The notes below the pieces were generated by a model. It saw only the letters and a list, made by a program, of their open reading frames with translations, was not told the DNA's origin and searched no databases. Made by a program: the position numbers and the translations under genes. A stretch of DNA of 32,000 bases from Candidatus Saccharimonadota bacterium (GTDB lineage Bacteria > Patescibacteriota > Saccharimonadia > Saccharimonadales > Saccharimonadaceae), in contig JBAQRV010000001.1 of the NCBI GenBank assembly GCA_049296095.1, positions 210,001 through 242,000 on the forward strand, in the 5' to 3' direction. This document shows positions 16,961 through 24,678 of this stretch, in pieces. How positions within the stretch are numbered: position 1 is the stretch's first letter; every line of letters begins with the position of its first letter.

Positions 16961-17338
16961 ATGGCTGATTTAAAGAAACTTGCAGAAAGCCTTACCGGCC
17001 TTACTGTACTTGAGGTTAATGAACTCAAGACAATTTTGAAAGATGAATATGGCATCGAGCCTGCAGCAGCTGCTGTAGCCGTTGCTGGTCCCGCTGCAGA
17101 CGCTGCAGCACCTGCTGAAGACGCAAAGTCTGACTACACTATCGTCCTTAAGGACGCTGGTAGCCAGAAAGTCGCTGTTATCAAGGCCGTGAAAGACATT
17201 ACTGGTCTTGGTCTTGGTGAAGCAAAGGCTATCGTTGATGGCGCACCTGCTACTGTTAAGGAAAAAGTTCCTACAGAAGAAGCAGAAGCTGCAAAGAAAA
17301 CCCTCGAAGAAGCTGGCGCAACCGTCGAGCTCAACTAA
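16961..17338 (+). CDS. rplL: 50S ribosomal protein L7/L12
   Basis: GAAGGAG SD. N-terminal dimerisation helix, Ala/Pro hinge ([19 protein letters not shown]) and a C-terminal domain ([27 protein letters not shown]...[19 protein letters not shown]). Confidence 0.95.
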   Translation: MADLKKLAESLTGLTVLEVNELKTILKDEYGIEPAAAAVAVAGPAADAAAPAEDAKSDYTIVLKDAGSQKVAVIKAVKDITGLGLGEAKAIVDGAPATVKEKVPTEEAEAAKKTLEEAGATVELN

Positions 17339-17368
17339 TTTACATTCGGCCATTTTGAGTCACAACTA

Positions 17369-17402
17369 TACCGCTTCCAGTTTGGAGGCGGTATTTTTGT
17401 TT
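17369..17402 (+). terminator. intrinsic terminator after rplL
   Basis: TACCGCTTCC (17369-17378), loop AGTTT, GGAGGCGGTA (17384-17393), then TTTTTGTTT. Confidence 0.75.
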
Positions 17403-17494
17403 CAGCAAAATATACAACGTTTTGAGCAACACCCCTGATTTCTATGTGGAAAACACGGCCTGCGTATTTTTGCAATTAAGCTTATACTATCGAT

Positions 17495-18004
17495 ATGCCA
17501 ACTTTTGCAAAATACATCATTTACTTTCTTATCTATAGCACTCTTGGCGCTCTTCTTGAGACTGGTTTTCGACTCGTGACAGAGCAGCATTGGTATGGTA
17601 TTCATGGCTTCCTGCATCTGCCACTGTTTCCGATTTACGGGTTTGGTGCGCTGCTTATTCTCCTTATAGCCCGATATATCCGGAACCCAATTATATTGTT
17701 TTTCGTCGGAGGGGTTGCTGTCAGTATCTTGGAGTTTGCTGCCCATTGGCTGATCGAAGTTATATTCAATGACCGCATATGGAGTTATGAGAACGGGACA
17801 CCAACCTTAGGAGGAAGAATTTCACTCCTTAGCTCTTTCTGGTTTAGCGTTGCCGCTGTCGTATTGGTATATATCATCCACCCGAGGGTAGTGAAGCTTG
17901 TGAAGCGGATACCGTCTCGTGAGGTTATGGTGATTGTCGTATTGGCTGGCCTTGTCGTACTCTTTGACATCATCTTTTCAATTGTTGAACGACTCATTCA
18001 TTAG
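17495..18004 (+). CDS. polytopic membrane protein, CmpB/DUF1113-like ('putative ABC-transporter type IV' family)
   Basis: YFLIYSTLGALLETGFRLV...HGFLHLPLFPIYGFGALLIL resembles the family signature (recalled, not computed). It has 4-5 TM helices. TATACT (17483-17488) lies 6 nt before the ATG. Confidence 0.6.
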   Translation: MPTFAKYIIYFLIYSTLGALLETGFRLVTEQHWYGIHGFLHLPLFPIYGFGALLILLIARYIRNPIILFFVGGVAVSILEFAAHWLIEVIFNDRIWSYENGTPTLGGRISLLSSFWFSVAAVVLVYIIHPRVVKLVKRIPSREVMVIVVLAGLVVLFDIIFSIVERLIH

Positions 18005-18034
18005 AAACTCTAGACCACCAGGCGAAAACAAACA

Positions 18035-18063
18035 TTGACACAAGCGCCATCACTTGATATAAG
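18035..18063 (+). promoter_or_regulatory. promoter (TTGACA, 17-nt spacer, TATAAG)
   Basis: TTGACA at 18035-18040 and TATAAG at 18058-18063. Confidence 0.55.
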
Positions 18064-18113
18064 TGGGGTAATACAACTTCAAAAATACACAGATTAAGGA
18101 ATTGCGAGTACCC

Positions 18114-18632
18114 ATGTCTGATTTACCAGAGAAACAAGTAAAGCGACTACACGCTTTGATTCAAGAAGCAGAGACTAACCTAGCAGCAGCCAAGGAGCTA
18201 TTAATTAGTATCATCGGCGACGATGGGACAGTTATCACACCAAGAGGCGGTGCGAACGACGAAGTCGGTGGCAAGGTTGTCGAAGGTGTCTTTGACGGAC
18301 AGAAAATGGCCGGGCCTGACGGCAAAGAATATCCCGTTCCTGCAAATTATGCCAGTAAGTCAAAGCTTGTTGAAGGCGATATCCTCAAGCTGACGATTGC
18401 TGACGACGGTAGCTTTATCTACAAACAGATTGGCCCGACCGAACGCACACAACTGATCGGAACACTTGTCCAGCACGATGGTGCGTATTATGTCGAAGCG
18501 AACGGGCGAGAGTACCGCATCTTGCTTGCGAGCGTTACATACTTCCGTATCAACGTCGGTGATCAGGTCACCATTATCATTCCAACCGACAACCCAGAGG
18601 CGACTTGGGCGGCGGTTGAAGCAGCGTTATAG
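18114..18632 (+). CDS. hypothetical protein (172 aa from the ATG; the track's TTG start at 18102 is also possible)
   Basis: N-terminal helical segment followed by beta-rich segments. No motif recognised. The start is uncertain because TAAGGAA (18095-18101) lies 12 nt from the ATG and directly abuts the TTG. Confidence 0.5.
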   Translation: MSDLPEKQVKRLHALIQEAETNLAAAKELLISIIGDDGTVITPRGGANDEVGGKVVEGVFDGQKMAGPDGKEYPVPANYASKSKLVEGDILKLTIADDGSFIYKQIGPTERTQLIGTLVQHDGAYYVEANGREYRILLASVTYFRINVGDQVTIIIPTDNPEATWAAVEAAL

Positions 18633-18671
18633 CTCTTTTCTTAATAAGGTTGCCGCACTTTAATAGACGTC

Positions 18672-18700
18672 TTGTATATTGTTACTGCTAGCGTTATAGT
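18672..18700 (+). promoter_or_regulatory. tdk promoter (TTGTAT, 17-nt spacer, TATAGT)
   Basis: TTGTAT at 18672-18677 and TATAGT at 18695-18700. Confidence 0.5.
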
Positions 18701-18743
18701 ATCCTCATCACGACAGTGAAAACAAACATTGGGGATAAGGTGC

Positions 18744-19343
18744 GTGGCAAAACTACATTTTAAATATGGCGCAATGAACAGTGGCAAAAGCGATACGCTT
18801 ATTAAAACTGCCTACAATTACACGGAACGTGGTCTATCTGTTGTCACCATGAAGCCAAGTATCGACACGAAAGGCGACACTAACATTGTCGCTCGCGGAG
18901 GTGCAATGCGCCCCGTCGATATTATCGCAACGCCTGAAATGAACGTCCGACAGGAAATCAAAGCCTACACAAAAAAGCAGGGGATCGACAAGCTTTCCTG
19001 CGTCCTGATCGACGAAGCCCAGTTCCTGACCAGCGAACAGGTCAGTCAGCTCCTTGAAGTTGCCAAGCTCGACAATACCTCAGTCATAGCCTATGGACTG
19101 CGCGCCGATTTCCTCACACAGTTATTCCCCGGTAGCAAGCGCCTTTTCGAAATTGCCGATAACATCGAGAAGTTACCGACGATGTGCCGTTGTGGCAATC
19201 AAGCCGAGTTGAACTGCCGAAAAGTAAACGGTCACTACGTCTTTGAAGGCGACCAGGTCGCTATAGATGGAGAACAAGCCGTTTCCTACGAATCATTCTG
19301 CGGAAGCTGTTATTTGAAGGAGCGAGATGCGGCACATTCTTAA
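18744..19343 (+). CDS. tdk: thymidine kinase
   Basis: GAMNSGKSDTLIKTAYNY P-loop, VLIDEAQF, and zinc-ribbon cysteines CRCG...CGSCY. I prefer the GTG at 18744 (GGGGA lies 8 nt upstream). The TTG at 18729 is an alternative. Confidence 0.85.
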   Translation: MAKLHFKYGAMNSGKSDTLIKTAYNYTERGLSVVTMKPSIDTKGDTNIVARGGAMRPVDIIATPEMNVRQEIKAYTKKQGIDKLSCVLIDEAQFLTSEQVSQLLEVAKLDNTSVIAYGLRADFLTQLFPGSKRLFEIADNIEKLPTMCRCGNQAELNCRKVNGHYVFEGDQVAIDGEQAVSYESFCGSCYLKERDAAHS

Positions 19344-19406
19344 AACACAACAAACCAAAGTCATTTAACGCGTATACTAGAAAAAGAAACAGGGGAGAAA
19401 ACAAAA

Positions 19407-20903
19407 GTGTCGAGGGCATTATACCGAAAATATCGCAGCAAATCGTTGGCAGAAGTCGTTGGACAAAGCCATATCACCGACATCTTGGCACGTGCGATTC
19501 AAGCTGGGCGCATTTCACATGCCTACCTCTTGACTGGACCTCGGGGAGTTGGTAAAACCTCGGTCGCCCGTATTCTCGCCCATGAAATTAATCATCTCCC
19601 TTACAGCGACGATTCAACCCATCTCGACATCATTGAAATTGACGCTGCCAGCAACAACGGCGTCGAGGACGTTCGCGACCTGCGCGAGAAAGTCCAGATT
19701 GCCCCAGTCTCAGCCGAGAAAAAGGTCTACATCATCGACGAGGTACACATGCTATCCAAGGCGGCTTTTAACGCACTCTTAAAAACTCTTGAGGAGCCGC
19801 CAGAGCACATCGTTTTCATCCTAGCGACGACTGATGTTGATAAACTTCCAGCGACTATTGTCAGCCGAACTCAACGCTACGGCTTTCGCGCCATCACCGC
19901 GGAGGATGCGATCAAGCATTTGCGACACATTGCAGACGAAGAAAAAATTAAGATTGATGACGATGCACTGGCAGTTATCGCTCAGCGCGGTGACGGGAGT
20001 TTCCGTGATAGCATCAGCTTGCTCGATCAGCTTTCTAGTCTCACAGATAAGAAAACTGGTATTACCGCTGAACTTATCGAAGCAACCCTAGGCCTTGCCC
20101 CAGCTAAAATTCTAGACGAACTCCTCGTCGCTATTGAGGCACACGATGTTAGTGCTATCGCGGCGCTCCTCGATCAAACAGCTGCCGATGGCATCAGCCC
20201 GGTCACCTTAACCGAGCAATTAACTATCCGCCTGCGCGAGCTCATCAGCGCTAAACCCCAACTCCTACCATTACTCGATAGCCTCTTAGACGTCGCCCGC
20301 AGTAGCCAACCGGGCCTCAAACTCCTCGCATGCCTAGGTACCTTTGCCCTCGAACACAAACCCACCAAAACCGCCGCCCTCGCCACCCCCGTCCTCGAAG
20401 TCACCGCCACCATCGAACAACTCACCAAACAAGCCACAAAAATCTCTCCGAAAGTTTCTAAATCTTCAAGGGAATCTGGTGATGGAACTGCGGCTTTTCC
20501 TGAGCCTCTGCAGCCCGAGTCTGCACTGGCGCAAAGCCCAGTAAAGACCCGGAGCGAAGCCAGATCAGAAAAAGTCGCAGGTTCGGCAGCAGATTTTGTT
20601 TGGGAAGATTTAGTTAATTTTACGAAGAAAAATTATGTCGCCCTCTACAGCGTCCTCTCCAAATGCTCTCCCATTCACGAACCAGGTATCCTTACCTTAT
20701 ATACCAAGAGTGCTTTTTATAAAAAGAAGCTCGACGACGCGAAATATAGCGCCCACCTCTATGAATCACTCCAAAAACTCTGGGGTTATGAACCAACCAT
20801 CCACACCATTCCCACAGCTCCGCCACCAAGTAGTAGCCAGGCCGCCTCGGTAGCTGCTATTATGGGCGGAGGAGAAGAGGTTTCAGTCGAAGCCTCGGAG
20901 TAA
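19407..20903 (+). CDS. dnaX: DNA polymerase III subunit gamma/tau
   Basis: LYRKYRSKSLAEVVGQSHI...HAYLLTGPRGVGKTS...YIIDEVHMLS..AFNALLKTLEEPP..VFILATT...SRTQRY. GTG start with AGGGGAG SD. Confidence 0.9.
   Translation: MSRALYRKYRSKSLAEVVGQSHITDILARAIQAGRISHAYLLTGPRGVGKTSVARILAHEINHLPYSDDSTHLDIIEIDAASNNGVEDVRDLREKVQIAPVSAEKKVYIIDEVHMLSKAAFNALLKTLEEPPEHIVFILATTDVDKLPATIVSRTQRYGFRAITAEDAIKHLRHIADEEKIKIDDDALAVIAQRGDGSFRDSISLLDQLSSLTDKKTGITAELIEATLGLAPAKILDELLVAIEAHDVSAIAALLDQTAADGISPVTLTEQLTIRLRELISAKPQLLPLLDSLLDVARSSQPGLKLLACLGTFALEHKPTKTAALATPVLEVTATIEQLTKQATKISPKVSKSSRESGDGTAAFPEPLQPESALAQSPVKTRSEARSEKVAGSAADFVWEDLVNFTKKNYVALYSVLSKCSPIHEPGILTLYTKSAFYKKKLDDAKYSAHLYESLQKLWGYEPTIHTIPTAPPPSSSQAASVAAIMGGGEEVSVEASE
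20484..20584. repeat. imperfect palindromic (hairpin) element, copy A, in-frame inside the dnaX linker
   Basis: The outer arms 20485-20503 and 20565-20584 pair (19 pairs, with 1 mismatch, 1 G.T and 1 bulge). Core TCTGCAGCCCGAGT (20507-20520) and core ACCCGGAGCGAAGCC (20547-20561) are identical to those in copy B within cysS. Confidence 0.65.
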
Positions 20904-20909
20904 GAGGAT

Positions 20910-22259
20910 ATGGCCGATAAAAACGTTCCCGCCGGGAAAGTTCCCCCACAAAACCTAGACGCCGAGATGAGTTTGCTCGGCGCTGTTCTCATTGACGAAG
21001 AAACGCTAGCAGATATTTCTGAGCACGTGACACCAAAAGACTTCTATGACAAGCGGCACGGCATCGTCTATGAAGCCATGATGCGCCTCTACGAGAAACA
21101 TAAACCTGTCGATCTTTTAACCCTGACTGAAGAATTGAGCAGAAAGAAAGAGCTAGAGACTATCGGTGGCTCGGCGTACTTAACCGAACTGACCAACTAC
21201 GTTCCAACGGCTGCACACGCCGAAGCCTATGCCGAACTTGTTTCCCAAAAAGCCATCCGTCGCCGTCTCATTAAAGCCAGTGGTGATATTTCTGAGCTCG
21301 GCTATGATGAAGAAACTTCAACCCAAGAACTGCTCGAACAAGCCGAAGCTCAGCTGTTTTCCGTCAGCGACCAATCACTCAAACAGGATCTCGTCAGTAT
21401 TGAAAGTATTTTGACCGAGAGTTTTGACCGTATGGAAGAGCTGCACCGCAACAAGGGTTCGCTCCGAGGCATCCGCACCGGCTACCGCGACCTCGACAAT
21501 ATGACTGCCGGTCTGCAGCGCAGTGACCTTATTATCCTGGCGGCTCGACCTGCCATGGGTAAGACGACGCTCGTGACAAACCTTGCCTACAACGTTGCAA
21601 CAATCGCCAAGCAACCCGTACTATTCTTTAGCCTTGAGATGAGCAAGGAGCAACTTGTTGACCGTATGCTGGCCGATGCTTCAGGGGTAGATGCTTGGAA
21701 CATCCGTACGGGAAACTTGTCAGATGAGGATTTCAGTAAACTATCAGAAGCTATGGGTGAGATGGCCGAAGCTCCGATCTTTATTGACGACACACCCGGC
21801 GTGAGCGTACTTGAAATGCGCACCAAAGCCCGCCGCGCAGCCCACGAACAACCACTCGGACTGATCATCGTCGACTACTTGCAGCTGATGCAGGGGAGTG
21901 GGCGAAGTGACGGTAACCGCGTCCAGGAGGTGAGCGAGATCTCTCGAGGCCTCAAGTTGTTAGCACGAGAGCTAAACGTGCCTGTTATTGCACTGTCACA
22001 ACTGTCTCGTTCAGTCGAGTCGCGTTCACCACAGATCCCGCAACTGGCCGACCTGCGTGAATCGGGATCAATCGAGCAGGACGCCGACATCGTTATGTTC
22101 ATCTATCGTGAAGCCTACTATAACCCCGATACTGATCGATCGAATATTACCGACCTCATTATTGCCAAACACCGTAACGGACCGACTGGTCGGGTTGAGT
22201 TATACTTCCACCCAGAGCGTCTGCGCTTTATGTCTCTCGACCGCAAGCACGATGAGTAG
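20910..22259 (+). CDS. dnaB: replicative DNA helicase DnaB
   Basis: PPQNLDAEMSLLGAVLID..., GLQRSDLIILAARPAMGKTT (Walker A), LIIVDYLQLM, and SRGLKLLARELNVPVIALSQLSR. Confidence 0.95.
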   Translation: MADKNVPAGKVPPQNLDAEMSLLGAVLIDEETLADISEHVTPKDFYDKRHGIVYEAMMRLYEKHKPVDLLTLTEELSRKKELETIGGSAYLTELTNYVPTAAHAEAYAELVSQKAIRRRLIKASGDISELGYDEETSTQELLEQAEAQLFSVSDQSLKQDLVSIESILTESFDRMEELHRNKGSLRGIRTGYRDLDNMTAGLQRSDLIILAARPAMGKTTLVTNLAYNVATIAKQPVLFFSLEMSKEQLVDRMLADASGVDAWNIRTGNLSDEDFSKLSEAMGEMAEAPIFIDDTPGVSVLEMRTKARRAAHEQPLGLIIVDYLQLMQGSGRSDGNRVQEVSEISRGLKLLARELNVPVIALSQLSRSVESRSPQIPQLADLRESGSIEQDADIVMFIYREAYYNPDTDRSNITDLIIAKHRNGPTGRVELYFHPERLRFMSLDRKHDE

Positions 22260-22282
22260 CGTGGTATAATTGAGGGTAACTC

Positions 22283-23713
22283 ATGGCTGTGCTTGAACCC
22301 ACAAAATTGTTTATCTACCGTTGGCGATACATTATCGGCTATAGCTTTATTGGCCTACTTTTAGCAGGCTTACTGGTTTTCGCAGGCCTGTACGTCCCAG
22401 GTGGCATTTCGCCTGAGGAAGTTCGGGCAACAATCATAAGCGACAGTATCTCGCCTTCAGACCCAAGTACCTTCGGTGTCACGAACTTGCCGTATTATCT
22501 TTTGCAAGCTCTGGTATTCCACCTGTTTGGCGTCTACGATTTCACTATTAAACTTCCTTCGCTCATCTTAGCCTTGTTCTCTGCGGTTGGACTTATTTTA
22601 TTACTCCGCCGCTGGTTCAAGCCAAATATCGCGGTCCTTGCCTCGTTGATCGCCATCACGACAGGACAGTTCTTGTTTATCGCTCAAAGCGGCACTCCTA
22701 GTATCTTGTATGTCTTCTGGCCGGTAATGCTCCTGCTACTAGGAACACAGATCACTAGGGAGAAACGCTTCAGCCTGCTCTGGAAATTATTGTTTACTAT
22801 CGGTGCCGCTCTTAGCCTTTACACACCACTCAGTATCTATCCTTTGATTGCTATTATCTTAGCGATCATCTTACATCCACATCTCCGCAACGCTGTCCGA
22901 AGACTGTCGAAAATTAAACTGGCAGCGAGTCTTGTTCTCTCGGGTGTAGTTGCAACACCCCTGGTCATGGGGATAATCGCCAATCCACGTCTCGGGCTCA
23001 CATTGATAGGCATTCCTGAAAGCTGGCCACCAAATATCCAAGACAACCTCCAGACACTCCTACACCAATACTTTGCCTTTTGGGAACCAAGCACGACAAC
23101 GCTTATGACACCTGTCTTTGGCTTGGGATCGGTGCTATTAATTGGGCTTGGTCTTTATCGCCTGATCATGACCCGCGAGACCACCCGTAGTTACTTGATT
23201 ATCATCTGGCTATTATGTCTGCTACCAATCATTATCCTCAATCCGAGCTTTACCAGTGTTGCCTTTGTGCCGTCAGTATTGTTGCTTGCAGCCGGACTGA
23301 CCAGTTTGATCACCTATTGGTATCGATTATTCCCACTCAACCCGTATGCGCGCATCACAGGACTTGTTCCTCTTATTATCCTTGTCGCAGTCCTTATCGG
23401 TTCAGGGCTTGATCGCTATATATACGGATATCACTACGACCCCAATACGGCCGTCAACTTTTCAAAGGATCTCAAGTTAATTCCAAAGAACACGGCACAC
23501 TTGGTCGTGGCCGAAGACGAGCTGGCGTTTTATCAGGTCGTTGCCAAGCATCGTCCAGGTCTCAGTGTCAGCACTATACCTCAAAGTGACACTTTCGTGG
23601 CAACACGCAGTGCTCGTGACGCCGCAGATGGATATGCCATCCAACAAATTATCACCACAACCTACACCAACAACAGCGACCGCCTCTATATCTATAAAAA
23701 GGCCTCTCAGTAA
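22283..23713 (+). CDS. GT-C fold glycosyltransferase (ArnT/PMT, GT39/83-like) polytopic membrane protein
   Basis: About 11-12 TM helices. The first loop followed by NLPYYLLQALVFHLFG resembles the PPLYY..L....FG motif of this family (recalled, not computed). There is a soluble C-terminal domain. Confidence 0.55.
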   Translation: MAVLEPTKLFIYRWRYIIGYSFIGLLLAGLLVFAGLYVPGGISPEEVRATIISDSISPSDPSTFGVTNLPYYLLQALVFHLFGVYDFTIKLPSLILALFSAVGLILLLRRWFKPNIAVLASLIAITTGQFLFIAQSGTPSILYVFWPVMLLLLGTQITREKRFSLLWKLLFTIGAALSLYTPLSIYPLIAIILAIILHPHLRNAVRRLSKIKLAASLVLSGVVATPLVMGIIANPRLGLTLIGIPESWPPNIQDNLQTLLHQYFAFWEPSTTTLMTPVFGLGSVLLIGLGLYRLIMTRETTRSYLIIIWLLCLLPIIILNPSFTSVAFVPSVLLLAAGLTSLITYWYRLFPLNPYARITGLVPLIILVAVLIGSGLDRYIYGYHYDPNTAVNFSKDLKLIPKNTAHLVVAEDELAFYQVVAKHRPGLSVSTIPQSDTFVATRSARDAADGYAIQQIITTTYTNNSDRLYIYKKASQ

Positions 23714-23753
23714 CGTATAATAGAGCGAGATAGTTAAGACGGAGTAAAGAATT

Positions 23754-24044
23754 ATGGCTTTTGACCAAGTAAAGATGCTGAACCAACTGCGCAAAGCGCA
23801 AAATGACCTGAAAAAAGAAATCATCGAAGTCGAAGCAGGTGATGGTGCCGTTGTCGTCCAGATTACTGGCGAAATCAAGGTAAAAAAGATCACCATCGAC
23901 CCTGAGCGCGTTGATACTGATGACATCGCCGAACTTGAACACTGGCTGGAAATTGCCCTTCGTGATGGACTGCAAAAAGCGCAAGAAGTTGCTGCAGAAA
24001 AGATGAAACCTTTGATGGGCGGCCTGGGCAACCTAGGACTGTAA
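23754..24044 (+). CDS. ybaB: nucleoid-associated protein YbaB/EbfC
   Basis: MLNQLRKAQNDLKKEIIEVEAGDGAVVVQITGEIKVKKITIDPE....D.ELEHWLEIALRDGLQKAQEVAAEKM is the family pattern. GGAG SD. Confidence 0.9.
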   Translation: MAFDQVKMLNQLRKAQNDLKKEIIEVEAGDGAVVVQITGEIKVKKITIDPERVDTDDIAELEHWLEIALRDGLQKAQEVAAEKMKPLMGGLGNLGL

Positions 24045-24045
24045 C

Positions 24046-24660
24046 GTGGCACGCTTGTTGCCAGTTGCGCTTGAGAAATTGATCGACGAACTTGGCCGCT
24101 TGCCAGGCGTCGGGATGCGTACTGCCGAGCGGTATGCCTATTTCTTGTTGCGTGCCGACCAGCACGTGAATGACAAGCTGGCGACAACCATCCATGACAT
24201 TCACAGTCAAGTAAAAGTCTGTCCGGTGACATTTGCCCTGATTGATGCCGACGAGGACGTCTCGGCGCTCTACAGCGACCCAGAACGCGACAAGAGCCTC
24301 GTCGCGGTGGTTGAGGAACCTCTGGATATTGTCGCCTTAGAGCGCACGGGACAATTCAAAGGTACCTACCACGTCCTCGGCGGTGCTATTAGTCCGATCG
24401 ATGGCATCGGACCCGAACAACTTCATATTCCCGAACTCTTAAAACGCTTGGTTGATGATAACGTCAAGGAAATCATTATCGCTACCAATGCAAGTGTCGA
24501 AGGGGAGTCAACTGCGCTCTTCCTCCAGCGCTACATCAAAGACGCCGGTATCGAAGTCGCCATGAGTCGCCTGGCTCGAGGCATTCCGGTTGGGGTTGAT
24601 TTGGAGTATGCCGATCAAATCACACTTGGACATGCCCTAGAAGGCCGACGCAGCCTCTAG
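24046..24660 (+). CDS. recR: recombination protein RecR (zinc-finger cysteines largely missing)
   Basis: HhH motif LGRLPGVGMRTAERYAYFLL, Toprim region VAVVEEPLDIVALERTGQFKGTYHVLGGAISPIDGIGPEQL...IIIATNASVEGESTA, and C-terminal RLARGIPVGVDLEYAD. Confidence 0.9.
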   Translation: MARLLPVALEKLIDELGRLPGVGMRTAERYAYFLLRADQHVNDKLATTIHDIHSQVKVCPVTFALIDADEDVSALYSDPERDKSLVAVVEEPLDIVALERTGQFKGTYHVLGGAISPIDGIGPEQLHIPELLKRLVDDNVKEIIIATNASVEGESTALFLQRYIKDAGIEVAMSRLARGIPVGVDLEYADQITLGHALEGRRSL

Positions 24661-24678
24661 TCTGCTACAATAGATCTA

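Noticed and set aside
16970-17353. A 127-aa minus-strand ORF, and other antisense or alternate-frame ORFs inside rplL, rplA, dnaX, dnaB, cysS and the GT2 gene.
   Set aside because: All are nested in or antisense to genes with unambiguous homology, and all have low-complexity or Cys/Arg-rich translations.
17483-17497. The identical 15-mer TATACTATCGATATG at 17483-17497 and, reverse-complemented, at 9865-9879.
   Set aside because: Nine of the 15 positions are constrained by function (the -10 hexamer and the ATG). The free part is only the ClaI-type palindrome ATCGAT, so this is most likely convergence or chance rather than a repeat element.
20507-20561. The shared cores as a small self-cleaving ribozyme (hammerhead CUGANGA...GAAA, or twister-like GCCCGG).
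   Set aside because: CUGCAGC differs from the hammerhead CUGANGA at invariant positions. I could not reproduce any ribozyme consensus from memory, so the resemblance is superficial.
22991-22998. An 8-nt match (CTCGGGCT) to the reverse complement of the first core, inside the GT-C gene.
   Set aside because: It is too short to be significant, and there is no second core or hairpin nearby.
23477-24232. A 251-aa ORF on the minus strand spanning the GT-C gene end, ybaB and the recR start.
   Set aside because: It is antisense to three well-supported genes, and its Arg/Ser/Cys/Ala-rich, low-complexity translation has no motifs. It is typical of an open antisense frame of codon-biased genes.
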